Origin: Octopus sinensis
Taxonomy: Eukaryota
Reading direction: 5' to 3'
NCBI RefSeq assembly: GCF_006345805.1
Contig: NC_043017.1
Span: 124,001 to 188,000, forward strand
DNA: 64,000 bases
Part shown: piece after piece, positions 25,084 through 38,727 of the stretch
Numbering within the stretch: the first letter of the stretch is position 1
How the letters are laid out: each line of letters begins with the position of its first letter
Position numbers and translations under genes: made by a program
Notes under the pieces: generated by a model
Seen by the model: the letters and a program-made list of their open reading frames with translations, nothing else
Database searches by the model: none
What the model was told of the DNA's origin: nothing

Positions 25084-25930
25084 TATCTATCTACAAAGAT
25101 AGATATCTGTGTATATACAGGTAGATAGACAGACAGACAGACAGATAGGTAGATAGATAGATAGATAGGTAGATAGATACATGGGTAGATAGATAGACAG
25201 ACAAACAGGTAGAGAGATGGATGGATAAAAGTGTTAAGAAGTATTCGTTGCTGTTAGTGTTAAGAAGAAAGGTCGAGATATTTCTTAATTTTTCCTTTCA
25301 AGTTTTTTCTTTGGTAGAGTGCAGGTAGATTCTTTTCTGAGTTATGTGCTGACACCTGGGAGAGTAATATATACTGCAGTGAGGGGAGATAATTGTAAAC
25401 TGTGCGTGTCTGTAGTACGAAAGAGAGAGAGAGAGATGGGGTAGGGAGAAAGGTGTTGGTAAAAAGGTGAGACAGAGAAAGTGAAAGAAAGAGAGAAAAC
25501 TAATGACAGGAAAATAAAAAGAGTAAAACAGATTTAAAAAGGTAAAAGGAAAACACACACAAACACACAGAGAATGAGAGATACACAAAGAGAAAAATGG
25601 AGAAACACATACGAAAAAGAGTATAGGAGAGAGAGAGAGAGAGAGAGGAATACAAAGAGACTGATAGACAGACAGACAGACAGACTGATGGATAGATGAA
25701 CAGACAGATAAATAGATTGATAGATAGGTAGACAGATAGACAGATAAACACACAGATATACAGAGAAGGTTAGAGAGAGAGAGAGGCTGATGAAAAGAGA
25801 AGATGAAAGATAATACACAGAGGAAATTGGAGAAAGACTGAGAAAAGAAATGAAGAAGGAGAGAGGAAGAGAGAAAGATTAACAGGGAGAAAGAAAGAAT
25901 GTAGAGAGCGAGAGAGAGAGAGAGAGAGAG
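25084..25930. repeat. (GATA)n/(GACA)n/(GA)n purine-rich low-complexity tract
   Basis: Direct inspection. Confidence 0.8.
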
Positions 25931-26479
25931 AACAGATTGGATGGGGTGGGGTATCGGTGGAATGATATAAGCAAAAAGTTAACTGATACAGGCAGCGGCA
26001 GGAGTTTGTATTTTGACAGCGTGTTTGTTAGGTTTGATAAACTTAGAGAAACTTGTTTCACTTAGGGGAGGGGGTAGGAGGGGAACGGGGGGGAATGGGC
26101 GTGGAGGAGGGGGAACATGGTAGTGGTGAGAGAAGAAAGGCGGAGGAGGATAAATTGGTTTATAAGGGCCCCTTTATTTGGCAGCTATGCACTTACACAC
26201 ACACACACACACATGCATGCATACGTGCACTCCTCAGACATTACATATATTCTTGCACAGATAGACACATATATATACAGGCAAGACTGCCTGCCAGCTC
26301 TTCTCTGTCGAGGAATGCTTTACTGGTTCTTATGGCAACATCGACCTCAAACAAAATTCTTGAATGCCAGAAGAATCTGGAGGTGAATTCCTTGTTTTGC
26401 TTTTTGTTATTTTTAATGAAATATATATGTGAGTTTATATAAGTATAATACATATGTACATGGATAAAGTGATACATAC

Positions 26480-26540
<61 letters not shown>

Positions 26541-26545
26541 TACAT

Positions 26546-26619
<74 letters not shown>

Positions 26620-26672
26620 CATATATATATATATACATATGTGTATGTTTCAGTTTATATATATATATATAT

Positions 26673-27676
26673 ATCATCATCATCATTTAGCGTCCGCTTT
26701 CCATGCTAGCATGGGTTGGACGGTTCAACTGGGGTCTGTGAAACCAGAAGGCTGCATCAGGCCCAGTCTGATCTGGCAGTGTTTCTACGGCTGGATGCCC
26801 TTCCTAACGCCAACCACTCCGTGAGTGTAGTGGGTGCTTTTTACGTGCCACCCACACAGGTGCCAGACGGAGCTGGCAAACGGCCACGCACAGATGGTGC
26901 TTTTACGTGCCACCGGCACGGGGCCAGGCGAGGCTGGCAACGGACACAAATGGATGGTGCTTTTATGTGCCACCGGCACGGAGGCCAGTCGGGGCGGCGC
27001 TGGCAACGGCTACGATCGGATGATTCGCTTAACCACAGCTGCAATTTCCATTGATGCTGATCGACTTCGATTTTGGTTCTGCTTTCTGATATCTGATTTG
27101 ATTTGGTTTGATTTTGATTTTGATTTGATTTGATTTTTACTTGTCTCAACGGGTCTTCACAAGTGAAGTTTTGTGTCCCAAGAAGGAAAGGTATGTAGGC
27201 CACAGGTTATGTTCTCACTGGTCTTGCCGGGTCTTCTCACACACAGCATACTTCCATAGGTCTCGGTCTCTAGTTATTTCCTTGGTGAGACCTAAAGTTT
27301 GAAGGTCATGCTTCACCACCTCGTCCCAGGTTTACCTCTTCCACAGGTTCCCTCAACTGCCAGGGTGTGGCACTTTCGCACACAACTATCTTCAGCCATT
27401 CTCACATGACCATACCAGCACAAACGTCTCTCTTGCACACAACAACTGATGCTTCTTAGGTTCAACTTTTCTCTCAAGGTACTTACACTCTGTCGATTAT
27501 GAACACTGACGTTACACATCCATCGGAGCATACTAGCTTCATTTCTTGCGAGCTTACGCAAATCCTCAGCAGTCACAGCCCAAGTTTCACTACCATGTAG
27601 CATGGCTGTACGTACACATGCATCATACAGTCTGCCTTTTACTTTGAGCGAGAGGCCTTTTGTCACCAGCAGGGGT
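26673..27676 (-). mobile_element. 5'-truncated RTE LINE (RT C-terminus, 3'UTR with 60-bp units, (GAT)n tail)
   Basis: PLLVTKGLSLKVKGRLYDACVRTAMLHGSETW...GRGKP is homologous to 5659-6327; (CAT)n at 26673. Confidence 0.9.
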
Positions 27677-29790
27677 ATATATATATATATACACACACAC
27701 ACACATATATATATAATATACATATGTGTATGCTTCAGTTTATATATATATAATACAAATATATATATAATGCTACATAAATAACACAAGAGCCAGTAGT
27801 TTCATGTGTAGCACTTATCAAAGTCACTTATACCTATGTATGTGCATGTGTATACACCTGTATACACACACACACACACCAACATGTTAATGACAAACAG
27901 ATATTCTATTAGCATAACAATATTTTTTGGGTGTAAAGCATTTTTAGCATAGTGCTCAATAAAGATGAAAATATATTCAGGTTTAGAGTGATAGTGTAAT
28001 GAAATATTGTTTTACTTGGTTTTAAAGGGCTTATGGGATGGATGGGGAAGTAATGGGGACATTATACACGAGCTTAAGAATGTTTAGGTGTCTTCGAAAA
28101 TATTGATATTTATTGAAGATTAACATTCGCAGAAGAGAAAAGGGTTTGAAAGAAATCCAGCTCACTCTGATAAAATTCCTGTCAAAGTGCCTGCCAAGAC
28201 TAGATTATCCAAAGTGTCCTTCCATATTGAAGATCGAATGGGGGTGATTTGCTTGCATTCATTACAAGAAACAGCTAAGTTTCTTTCTCCAATGTCTTAC
28301 ATAGTTCAACCTATTCAAGTTAACCTTTAGCACATTGTAAGTGCATCAAGTCACCACATGAGTTTTCTCCCCTGTAGTAACAGGGCAGTAGCAGGGGAAA
28401 CGATTCTAGAGAAAATGCATTGTCCCAAAAGTTAACGTTTGGAAAGCAAGATTGGAATTTTGAAAGAAGTATCTATAGATGAGTTTTTGAACATTGAGTA
28501 ATTATGGGAATCCACCAGAACAAAATAATAATCAAAAGGGTTTGTAAGTTAAAGAATGGTTGTGAACCACTAACTCTAGAAGAATGGTAACTCTATAAAA
28601 ACAACATAGAGGAGACTCTTAATTTCTGCAGCAGGCAACTTGTGCTGGTGGCACTGCTTTGATGCTGTAAAGTGGTCAGTCAGAGGAAGGGTGTCTAACC
28701 ATAGATAATGATGGATGAGATGCTGTGAAACCTGTCAAACAATATGCCATTGAGGAAAAATGAATGTAAAATCATGATGATGATAATGATGATGGTAAGT
28801 GAAAAACACTGGCTATGTATTGCAATTTATCATTATTGTCATTCTCATCATAATCACCATCAACACCATCCTCCTCATGTCATCATTATCGTTGTTATCA
28901 CCATCATCAAAGACATTATTTTCATCATTACCACCACCACCACCACCACCACCACCACCACCATCCTTGTTTTCATCATCATCATCATCATAGTCATCCC
29001 GGTTGTTGTAGTCATCATGGACAGTATCTTCATTATTACATTAATCACACCTGTCATCATCGTCATCATCATTATTTGGTTGACCCAGAGCTATAGCAGA
29101 AGACACTTGCCTAAGATGCCACGCAGTAGGACTGAACCTGAAACCATGTGGTTGGGAAGCAAACTTCTTACCACACAACTGGATCTCAGCAAGTGAATGG
29201 TTGTCTTTTTACACACTGACAACACAATATTCTATTTATATCTTAATTCTGACAAAGATTTTTTTTGAAAATGAATTAAAAATATGACTATTGTGCCTAG
29301 GGTAAATGTTTTTACCACCGCCACCACCACCATCATCATCATTTAACGTCCGTTTTTCATGCTGGCATGGGTTGGACGGTTTGACTGAAATCTGGTAGGT
29401 GCTACACCAGGTGCCAATCAGATTTGGCATGGTTTCTTCTACAGCTGGAGGCCCTTCCTAACACCAATCATTCCAAGAGTGTAGTGGGTGCTTTTCACAT
29501 GCCACCAGCATGGGTGCCAGTTATAAACCACCAGCATCAGCCACGACTATAATCTCACTTGGAGGTATTCTGAAGCTCGGTGTATTACCAAAGGTGTCGG
29601 TCACATGTTACTATCTCCATGAAGCCCAAAGTTCAAAGGGTGTTTTATTAATAAGAAAAATCATGACCCACCCCACCTCTAACCTAGTGTCTCTCATAGT
29701 GTTCCCTTAATGTTTGTCACTCCCTTGTGAGCTTACAACTCCTTTCACCCAAAGAGGTCCTATTTCTCAGGCCATGAACCTCTGCCTTAA

Positions 29791-30007
29791 CTCTTTAGCA
29801 TTCATATTATTCTGTCAAATGTAACACTTATTTATCTATTCACATTATTTTCAATTAATCATGCATTCTCTCATAGCTTTGAAACTGCAATGATGTAATG
29901 TTTTATTTGTAAAATGACATTGTTGTATGAATGTGAGAGACCAGATGTGGCCAACATAATACTGACTGAATATTTGGGCTGGGATGGCCAGTTTACATGC
30001 TAAAGGG
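29791..30007. mobile_element. piggyBac-like MITE
   Basis: TTAA-ctctttagca ... tgctaaaggg-TTAA; same family as 46751-46971 in opposite orientation. Confidence 0.7.
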
Positions 30008-30011
30008 TTAA

Positions 30012-30678
30012 CTCTTTGAACACCAATCAGCCAGAGACTGACTCCAGATCTATGATATAAGCTTCTTACTTCAAAGGGATCTAAACTTTCATGTTAGTTT
30101 CCATTCCAAACACCAACTTAATAATGGCAAAATCATTCATTACTTTCAAAACTGATTGTAACAAATAGCAGTATATTGCAACAAGAATATGGTAACAAAA
30201 TGGTTAAAGTGATTTGAATTGAAACCTTCCATCAAAATTTCATGTTTTCATTCCAGACACCAGCTTAATAATAGCAAAAGTTATTTTACCAAAGTCTTCA
30301 TTATTTTCAATATCAACTGAAACTAAGGTTTAACAGAAAGATGGTAACAAAAATGTTCCATCAAAATTTCATATTGATTTATGTTCCGAATGCCAGATTA
30401 ATAATTATTTAAAATAATTCTTTATCATTCTCCAAATTAATTGAAACAAAGGGGCCGTGCATTCTAACAGAATTATGCTAACAAAATGTTTTGATAGCAA
30501 CCTATCTTAAAGTAACCTAAATTAAAACCTTTGATCAAAGTATGAGGTTAGTATAGATTCCAAACATCAACTTAATAATAACAAAAGTTATTTCACTAAA
30601 TTCTTCATAATTGTCAAAATTAATTAAAAACAAAGGCAGTGTACTTCAACAGAAATGTGCTAACAAAATAGATTAAGC
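30012..30678 (+). mobile_element. piggyBac-like MITE with about 4 tandem ~150-bp reiterations of its 3' part
   Basis: Starts at the TTAA shared with the previous element. Repeated blocks ...ccatcaaaatttcat...cagcttaataat...aaagttattt...aattaattgaaacaaa...atggtaacaaaa. A single-unit relative lies at about 31835-32069. Confidence 0.55.
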
Positions 30679-30723
30679 TATAAGTATTATCATACATTTG
30701 GATGGTAAGACTTATAGCTTAAT

Positions 30724-30882
30724 CAGGAGTGGCTGTGTGGTAAGTAGCTTGCTTACCAACCATATGGTTCTGGGTTCATTCCCACTGCGTAACCCCTTGG
30801 GCAAGTGTTTTCTACTATAGTCTCAGGCTGACCAAAGCCTTGTGAATGGATTTGGTAGATGGAAACTGAAAGAAGCCTGTTG

Positions 30883-30949
<67 letters not shown>

Positions 30950-31160
30950 TTGTGTGTCTGTGTTTGTCCTCCAACATTGCTTGATAACCGATGCTGGTGT
31001 GTTTACGTCCCCATAACTTAGCGGTTTAGCAAAAGAGACTGACAGAATAAGTATTAGGCTTCCAAAGAATAAGTCCTGGGGTCAATTTGCCCGACTAAAG
31101 GGGGTGCTCCAGCATGGCCACAGTCAAATGACTGAAACAAGTAAAAGAGTAAAGAATAAA
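30724..31160 (+). mobile_element. Full-length SINE family 1
   Basis: Head, core, (TA)n(TG)n and tail as in the other copies. Confidence 0.85.
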
Positions 31161-32599
31161 TTCTTACATCATCAGGCAAAACATCAACGGCAACAGTAAT
31201 AAGGATTATACTAAAAACATTTTACACTAAGGTGTTAGTCTTATATATACAGAAGAAACAAACTACCTGAAGAAGTACATTTCTGAATACCAAAGCAACC
31301 CGAACCAACCCCAAACCATAACAAACCCCGAATACGTTATATAAAGCCAACACCCAATGTCAAGTACAAAATAGAGGTGAAACCATGAAACCAAATTCCT
31401 CACTGTGTATCATTCTCTCTATCTCTGTCTCCTTGCAAGGGATTGTCAGAGGAAATTCAAAGAGCCTGCAACATGCATGCATGCGCGCGCAGACATACAT
31501 ACACACACACACAAAGCACACACATGCATCCATACACACATACAGGCATACATATACATACATGAGGGCATACACACACACAAACAAAACACACACACAT
31601 ATATCCACACATGCATACACACACACACACACACACAAGACTGTATAATATCATAAGAAGTGTATTTGAAAAATAACAGTCAATGTTGTTAGCAAAATTC
31701 CTTGAGATTCCTCACCAGAGTTGATTCCCACTCAGAAATAGTTGCGACATAACGACCGCTTCTAAGAAATATCTGATGCATTTGTAAAAGGTTTTTGGTT
31801 TTTGGTTTGTCGAAGGTGAAACTGGGAAAGACCCCTTTAACCTTTTCAATACCAACCCAGCTGAAACCGGCTCTGGTTCTGTAGTACAAATGTCTTGTTT
31901 TCATTAAGTTTTGAATTAAAATTTCCCACCAAACCTTAATCACAATTTATGTTCCTAGCACTAGCTTAATGATAACGAAGTTATTTTACTAAATTTTTTG
32001 TTATATTGAAAATTAATTGAAAGAAACACAGAGCATCTCCAAAATAAATATGGTAACATTAAAGGTTAAGGGTTTGGGGATTAAGGGGTTAAGATTAGGG
32101 ATGAGGGTTGGGGTGAGAACAAAAGGAAACATTTTGAAACAAACAAACAAAAAAACTTAAACAAGAGAGGAAACATTGAAATGAGGTTGTTGTGGAACAC
32201 ATCACCACCATCATCATCATCGTCATCATCATTATCCTCATCACTGTCATCATCATCCACACTACCAACATCCCCATCATTTCTACACCCACTTTTCCAT
32301 GCTTGAATGGACAAGGTGGAGTTTATTGAGGTAGATTTTTTCCCATCTGATGTCCTCCCAGTCAGCAACCATCACACATGCACATACATATATACACATA
32401 TATATGGTGACTGCTCCTTCTACACAGATGATTGCTGTCTCTCTAAGTTTCTTCATTGTCAATGGCATTTCAGACATTCCATCGATGACCTTGCAGCTGA
32501 TTATTCAATCTCACTTCATGAGTTTGAATCATAGACGACAAACGAAAGTCATATAACTTCTACTCTTTGTGAATTATAATCCTTGTGCAATATGAACTG

Positions 32600-32990
32600 C
32601 CATATGCCTCTTCAGGCAAGTCCTTTCACACACTACACACATCAAATCACTCAGTCCAGCAGCAAGGACATTGCACAGAGTTGATCATACATGGGGCTAC
32701 AGATGGCTGACATACTCAGAGTTGGAAAGGACTACATGGCCACATGTTTTGGACCTCCAATACTTCATTATCTCAATGAAACTTTGATGACAGCCCCTCC
32801 GAAGCCAGCATTTAGGCTCAAGATTATCCTCTTCGAAAGCTTTATAGCCTTCCCTTATATACTTCCTCCACTCAGTTTTTTCCAAATCTAGTTCTTCCCA
32901 GTTGTCTTTTATGCACCGTTTGTACATTTTTATGGCTTAGCTGAGGATGCTTTCCAGTTCACAGTTCACCATAGAACATAATAAAAAATT
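32600..32990 (-). mobile_element. Old RTE (BovB-like) LINE 3' fragment
   Basis: DNWEELDLEKTEWRKYIREGYKAFEE...CGHVVLSNSEYVSHL matches the WE-LA-DR-WR...G...FE...C...C.S..G..SH pattern. Confidence 0.6.
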
Positions 32991-34431
32991 TTTAAAGCCT
33001 AGCCAAGCTCATGGGCCTGGTTTCCCGGTTTCTTTGGTGTATGTGTTCCCCAGCTGGACGGGACACCAGTCCATCACAGCGTTACTCATTTTTGCCAGCT
33101 GAGTGGACTGGAGCAACATGAAATGAAGTGTTTTGCTCAAGAACACAATGCATCGGCTGATCCAGGAATCGAAACCACAATCTTACGATCATGATGCTGA
33201 CACCCTAACCACTAAGCCATGCGCCTCCACACCATAGAACATACATATATTCATACATACATACACACATGCTTACACACGACAAGCTTCTACAGTTTCC
33301 ATCTATCAAATTCACTCACAAGACATTGGGTGGCCTGAGGGTCATAGTGAAGACACAGAGCTTCTAATAAATGCATAGGGCTGTAAGTGATGTAAGAAAG
33401 AAAGAGAGAAAGAAAGAGGGAGGGAGAGAAAGAGAGAGTTGAGAAAGGCAAGGAAAAATCACCATCAGAAAAAAATCCCCTCCCTTACTCTTCTCCTTCA
33501 TCCCTGACTGAAACATTGCACCATTTGGACTATGATGTAAGACATATTTACCTGATTTAGCATGTAGCTTCTTGAACCAAACAGCAACAGCTAATATCCA
33601 TTGCGGAGAAGAAGAAAAAGGTTTTGTATAAACTTTAGATTTGGTTTGGTCTCTGTTCCTGTAAATATTCTCCAAGATGGTGTTGAATCTGAAAACAAAC
33701 AAGAAATACATGTATATAAATATAATGTACCATTCCATGATGGAAAATTCAACAAGTACTCCATCTGGTAAGAGATAAATACTATTTATTTAATGGACAC
33801 GATACATTTTTTTAAGTGCTACTAATAGTTTCATATGTTGAGAAATATCTCATATTTATCAGACACAACACAGATATCATAAAGTAAAAAAATTGAAAAA
33901 GAAAAGTAATGGGGAAAAAACTGAGAAGGCAACACACACACACATATATCTATCTATCTATCTATATATATATATATATATCATCTTAATTATCATCATT
34001 GTTTAATGCCCACTTTCCATGCTGGCATAGGTTGAAAACTGCACCAGACTTCTGTGTCTGTTTTGGCATGGTTTTTATGGTTGGGTGCCCTCCCTAATAC
34101 CACCCACTCCAGAGAGAACTGAGTGAGTGTTTTTATGTGTACAGCTGGATTCCCTTCCAAATGCCAACCACTTTACAGTGTTGACTGGATGCTTTTTACG
34201 TGGCACTACCACTAGCAGGTCCACCAAGTAACTTTCAAGACAAAGATTCTTTAAGAGGAGAAAGGGCATTGGAGGAGGGGATATATGAAACCAAGACAAC
34301 ACAAAAAGAAAAACAAAGGCACCCACAAAAATGAAAGAACATATAAGGAAGTGAAAAATATCATGTTGGAAAATTGAAATTTTGTGTAAAAAAAATATAA
34401 ATAAAAAATAAAACAAAATAAATGAATAATA

Positions 34432-34864
34432 GGCGTAGGAGTGGCTGTGTGGTAAGTAGCTTGCTTACCAACCACATGGTTCTGGGTTCAGTCCCACTGC
34501 GTGGCACTTTGGGCAAGTGTCTTCTGCTATAGCCTCGGACCGACCAAAGCGTTGTGAGTAGATTTGGTAGATGGAAACTGAAAAAAAGCCCGTTGTATAT
34601 ATGTATGTATATATATATATGTATATATGTGTGTGTATGTGTGTGTGTGCGCGTTTGTGTGTCTGTGTTTGTCCCCCAAACATTGCTTGACAACCGATGC
34701 TGGTGTGTTTACATCCCCATAACTTAGTTGTTTGGCAAAATAGACCAATAGAATAAGTACTAGGCTTACAAAGAATAAGTCCTGGGGTCGATTTGCTTGA
34801 CTAAAGGTGGTGCTCCATCATGGCTGTAGTTAAATGACTGAAACAAGTAAAAGACTAAAAGAGT
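34432..34864 (+). mobile_element. Full-length SINE family 1
   Basis: ggcgtaggagtggctgtgtggtaagtagc...gggttcagtccc...aaacaagtaaaagactaaaagag. Confidence 0.88.
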
Positions 34865-34879
34865 AATAATGATTTCAAA

Positions 34880-36960
34880 TTTTTACCACAACAGCAACTT
34901 GGGGGAGGGGATTAAGTCGATTACATCAACCCCAGTGTGTAACCGGTACTTATTTAATCGACCTGCAAAGATGGAAAGCAAAGTCGACCTCAGCAGAATT
35001 TGAACTCACAACATAGCAACAGGCGAAATACCACTAAGCATTTCGCCCAGTGCACTAATTATTCTGCCAGCTTGCTGCCTTCAGAAATAAATGAATAATA
35101 ATAACAATGGTTTCAAATTTTGGTGCAAGGCCTGTATTTTGTGGGGTTAGGGTAAGCTGATTTCATTGACCCCAATGTTCAACTACTACTTATTTTATCA
35201 ACCCTAAAATTATGAAAGGCAAAGTCAACCTTGGCAGGATTTGAATTCAGAAGGTAAGGATGTATGAAATGCCGGTAAGTATTTAGCCAGGCATGCTAAT
35301 TATTCGGCCAGCTTGCTGCCTTAATAATGATAATTATAATAATCAAGGTCATATGCTATTTAGCCTGCTCACCTAGCCTATCAGATGGCATCGTATGAAG
35401 GCTAAAATGATGCAAAGCACATTGTGACCAGCGATGTGTAACAATATTTGATAGCCTGGTTGGTCATGTGGTCATGTGACAGGATGTGCTATTTATCTTG
35501 ATATGAGATCACCATCTCCCACACGTATAGCTCTGATGCATTTGGTTGGTGTACCCTTATCAGGCAGATGGTCATGATGGAGACATTGGGATTCATATAT
35601 TTGTAGCCTGGAGTCACTTTGATGATGTGTCCTGCTCTCTCACTCAATAATAATAGTAATAATGGTTTCAAACTTTAGCACAAGGCCAGAAATTTTAGGG
35701 GTGAGAGTAAGTTGATTACATCAACTCCAGTGATCAACTGGTACTTATTTTATTGACCCCGAAAGGGATGAAAGGCAAAGTTGACCTGGGTGGAATTTGA
35801 ACTCAGAATGTAAGGGTGTATGAAATGCCACTAAGCATTTTGCCTGGCATGCTAACGATTCTGCCAGCTCACCACCTTAAAAATAATAATGATAATAATC
35901 CTTTCTACAAAAGGTGCAAGGCCTGAAATTTTGGGGGAGGGGTAAGTCAATCACATCGACCTCAGTACTTGACTTGTACTTAATTTATCAACCCTGAAAG
36001 GATGGAAGGCAAAGTTGACCTCAACAGAATTTGAACTCAGAATATAGTGACGGGTGAAATACCTATTTCTTTACTACCCACAATGGGCTAAACATAGAGA
36101 GGACAAACAAGGACAGACAAGTGGATTAAGTCGATTATATCGACCCCAGTGCGTAACTGGTACTTAATTTATCGACCCCGAAAGGATGAAAGGCAAAGTC
36201 GACCTCGGCGGAATTTGAACTCAGAACGTAATGGCAGATGAAATACAGTTACGCATTTCACCCGGCGTGCTAACGATTCTGCCAGCTCGCCGCCTACGGG
36301 TGAAATACCGTTAAGCATTTCATCCAGTGTACTAACAACTCTGCTAGCTTGCTGCCTTAATAATAATAATAATATCCTTTTTACTATAGGTATGAGGTGT
36401 GAAATTCTGAGGGAGGAAAGTAGTTGATTACACCAACCCCAGTGCTCAGCTGGTACTTAATTTATCAACTCTGAAAGGATGAAAAGCAAAGTCGACCTCG
36501 GTGGAATTTGAACTCAGAACATAGTGATGGGCGAAATGACGACTCTGCTAGCTTGTTGCCTTCTTAATAATAATAATGATAATAATAAATAATAATAGTA
36601 ATAATAATAATGGCAGAAGGAAATTGAAATAGAATGCCTGGCAGAGCTCCTGCAGAAAGTTTGTCTCTTAGGGATAGCAAGGATTATCAGGAGGGTTCTA
36701 GAACTTGAAAGACTGCTGAAAACTTGTGGACCCCTAAGGTATCCTGCAACCCAGATAAATCCTACCAGGAATAAGACTGAACATGAGCCAAACCAAAATA
36801 ATAATAAAAATGATTTCAAGTTTTGGCACAAGGCCAGCAATTATCAGGGCATGGAATAAATCAGTTACATTGATTCCAGTTCTCAGCTCCTACTTATTTT
36901 ATCGACCCCAAAAGGATGAAAGACAAAGCTGACAATGGCAGAATTTGAACTCAAAAAGTA
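34880..36960 (-). mobile_element. Pile-up of 7 SINE family 2 copies, one nested with a 14-bp TSD
   Basis: Copies at about 34880-35082, 35105-35323, 35660-35879, 35905-36063 plus 36296-36360, 36064-36295, 36385-36565 and 36820-36960. TSD acgggtgaaatacc at 36050-36063 and 36296-36309. Confidence 0.88.
36611..36800 (+). mobile_element. R4/Dong-like LINE extreme 3' fragment in (TAA)n
   Basis: WQKEIEIECLAELLQKVCLLGIARIIRRVLE, flanked by (TAA)n on both sides, which is the known target of Dong-type elements. Confidence 0.6.
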
Positions 36961-38258
36961 AAGAAAACCTAGAGAATGGATACAACACACATGTTATTTA
37001 CCTCGACTTTGCCAAGGCATTTGACAAGGTAGATCATGGCATCCTGGGTCACAAACTTCGAAAGCTAGGAGTAGGAGGAAAAGTTGGTACATGGATACAT
37101 GAATTCCTTACAAATAGAACTCAAACAGTCACTGTGAATGGAACCCATTCAACACCATCACCTGTGACCAGCAGTGTTCCTCAGGGTACAGTACTTGGCC
37201 CAATCCTGTTTCTCATCCTCATCTCTGACATAGATGAAGATGCAACCAGCAACGTCTCATCCTTTGCTGATGACCCCAGGGTCATGAGACAAATCAAAGA
37301 CGAGGTGGATACAGAGGCCTTACAAAAGGACCCGACCACCATATATAAATGGCAGGAAACAAACAACATGTTGTTCAATGATAAGAAGTTTGAACTAATT
37401 TGCTACGGAACAGATCAAGATCTGAAAAATACAACAAACTACAGAAACCCATCAGGACAACAAATAATGGAAAAACAGTATGTGAAAGATTTAGGCATCC
37501 ACATGGGAACCAGCCTAAAATTCAGAGAACACCTTGACTCAGTCTGTCTTACCGCAAGAAAGTACAGCGGGTGGATCTTGCGCACCTTCAAATCAAGAGA
37601 TACCTCAACAATGAAAACCCTCTGGAACAGTATGATACTTCCGAGGATTGACTACTGTTCTCAGTTGTGGTCACCAACAACAAAGGGCCAACTATCTAAG
37701 ATGGAATCGCTCCAAAGAAATTTTACCTCATACTTCTCAGAAACGAGGGACCTGGACTATTGGCAAAGACTCGAAACCTTGAGGATGTACTCAATAGAAA
37801 GAAGATTTGAGCGATACCGAATTATATACATTTGGAAAATGATAGAGCAAAAGGTGCCAAACTTTGGTATCAAAACCTACCACTCACTGCGTCTCGGAAG
37901 ATGCTGCCAGCTACCACCAATCAACAAAAAGGCTGGCCAGGCAGCAAAAACCCTGTGAGAATCAAGTCTGTTGGTTCGAGGAGCACAACTATTCAACTCT
38001 ATTCCGGTACATGTCAGAAATCTATCAGGATGTAGTGTGGAAGCATTCAAATTGCAGCTGGATAGATACTTAAGCACCATTAGAGATGAACCCCATCTCC
38101 CAGGATATACACAACGAGCACAAACTGACTCAAACTCGCTCCTACACATGTCAAAATTAAGCAGAGAATACAACCTGGCAACCACACCAGACTCTGAGGG
38201 TGGAGTCTTCGACTTGGCCTGAGCATGGACTCAAACTCAAATGAAATGAAATGAAATG
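36960..38258 (+). mobile_element. 5'-truncated CR1-group LINE (RT domain), nested in a family 2 SINE
   Basis: YLDFAKAFDKVDH, SVPQGTVLGPILF, FADD, VKDLGI and IDYCSQLWSP motifs; frameshift near 37958; (AAATG)n tail at 38238-38258. The host SINE resumes at about 38275-38312. Confidence 0.92.
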
Positions 38259-38727
38259 GACAAGATGCAATTAAGTCTGGCGTGCTAACGGCTCTGCCAC
38301 CTCACTACCTTGACAACAACAACCACAACTATAATAATGGTTTCTAATACAGGCAAAATGTTTGTAATTTTTACTGAAAGGGGTGGTGGGGGGCTAGATA
38401 GTGCCATCGATCCTAGTATTTGACAAAAGTGGTATCATTTAGTTTCCACAGAGGCATCAAATGAAGAGGACATTACAAAAACATGAATGTGGTTGCAAGT
38501 GAGGTTGTGTATGAATGTAGTTGTGTGTGAGTGTGGTTGTGAGTGAGTGTGGTTGTGAGTGAGTGTGTGGAGGTGGATTGTGCCAAACAGGATGAGAAAG
38601 AAAGAGAAGAAAAGAATGAAATAAAAAAAAAGTAGTTTTAAACACAAAATTTGTAAACAGAAAAGGAAATAAAAATGTATGAATGAATCCATGAATAAAT
38701 AAATATATATGTTTGATTAAAAATGTA

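Noticed and set aside
28123-28330. 68-codon open stretch (HSQKRKGFERNPAHSDK...QVNL*)
   Set aside because: No start codon, weak splice signals and no recognisable motif; compatible with chance.
32070-32115. TTAGGG-like, G-rich stretch
   Set aside because: It contains only one exact TTAGGG; too short and degenerate for an interstitial telomere call.
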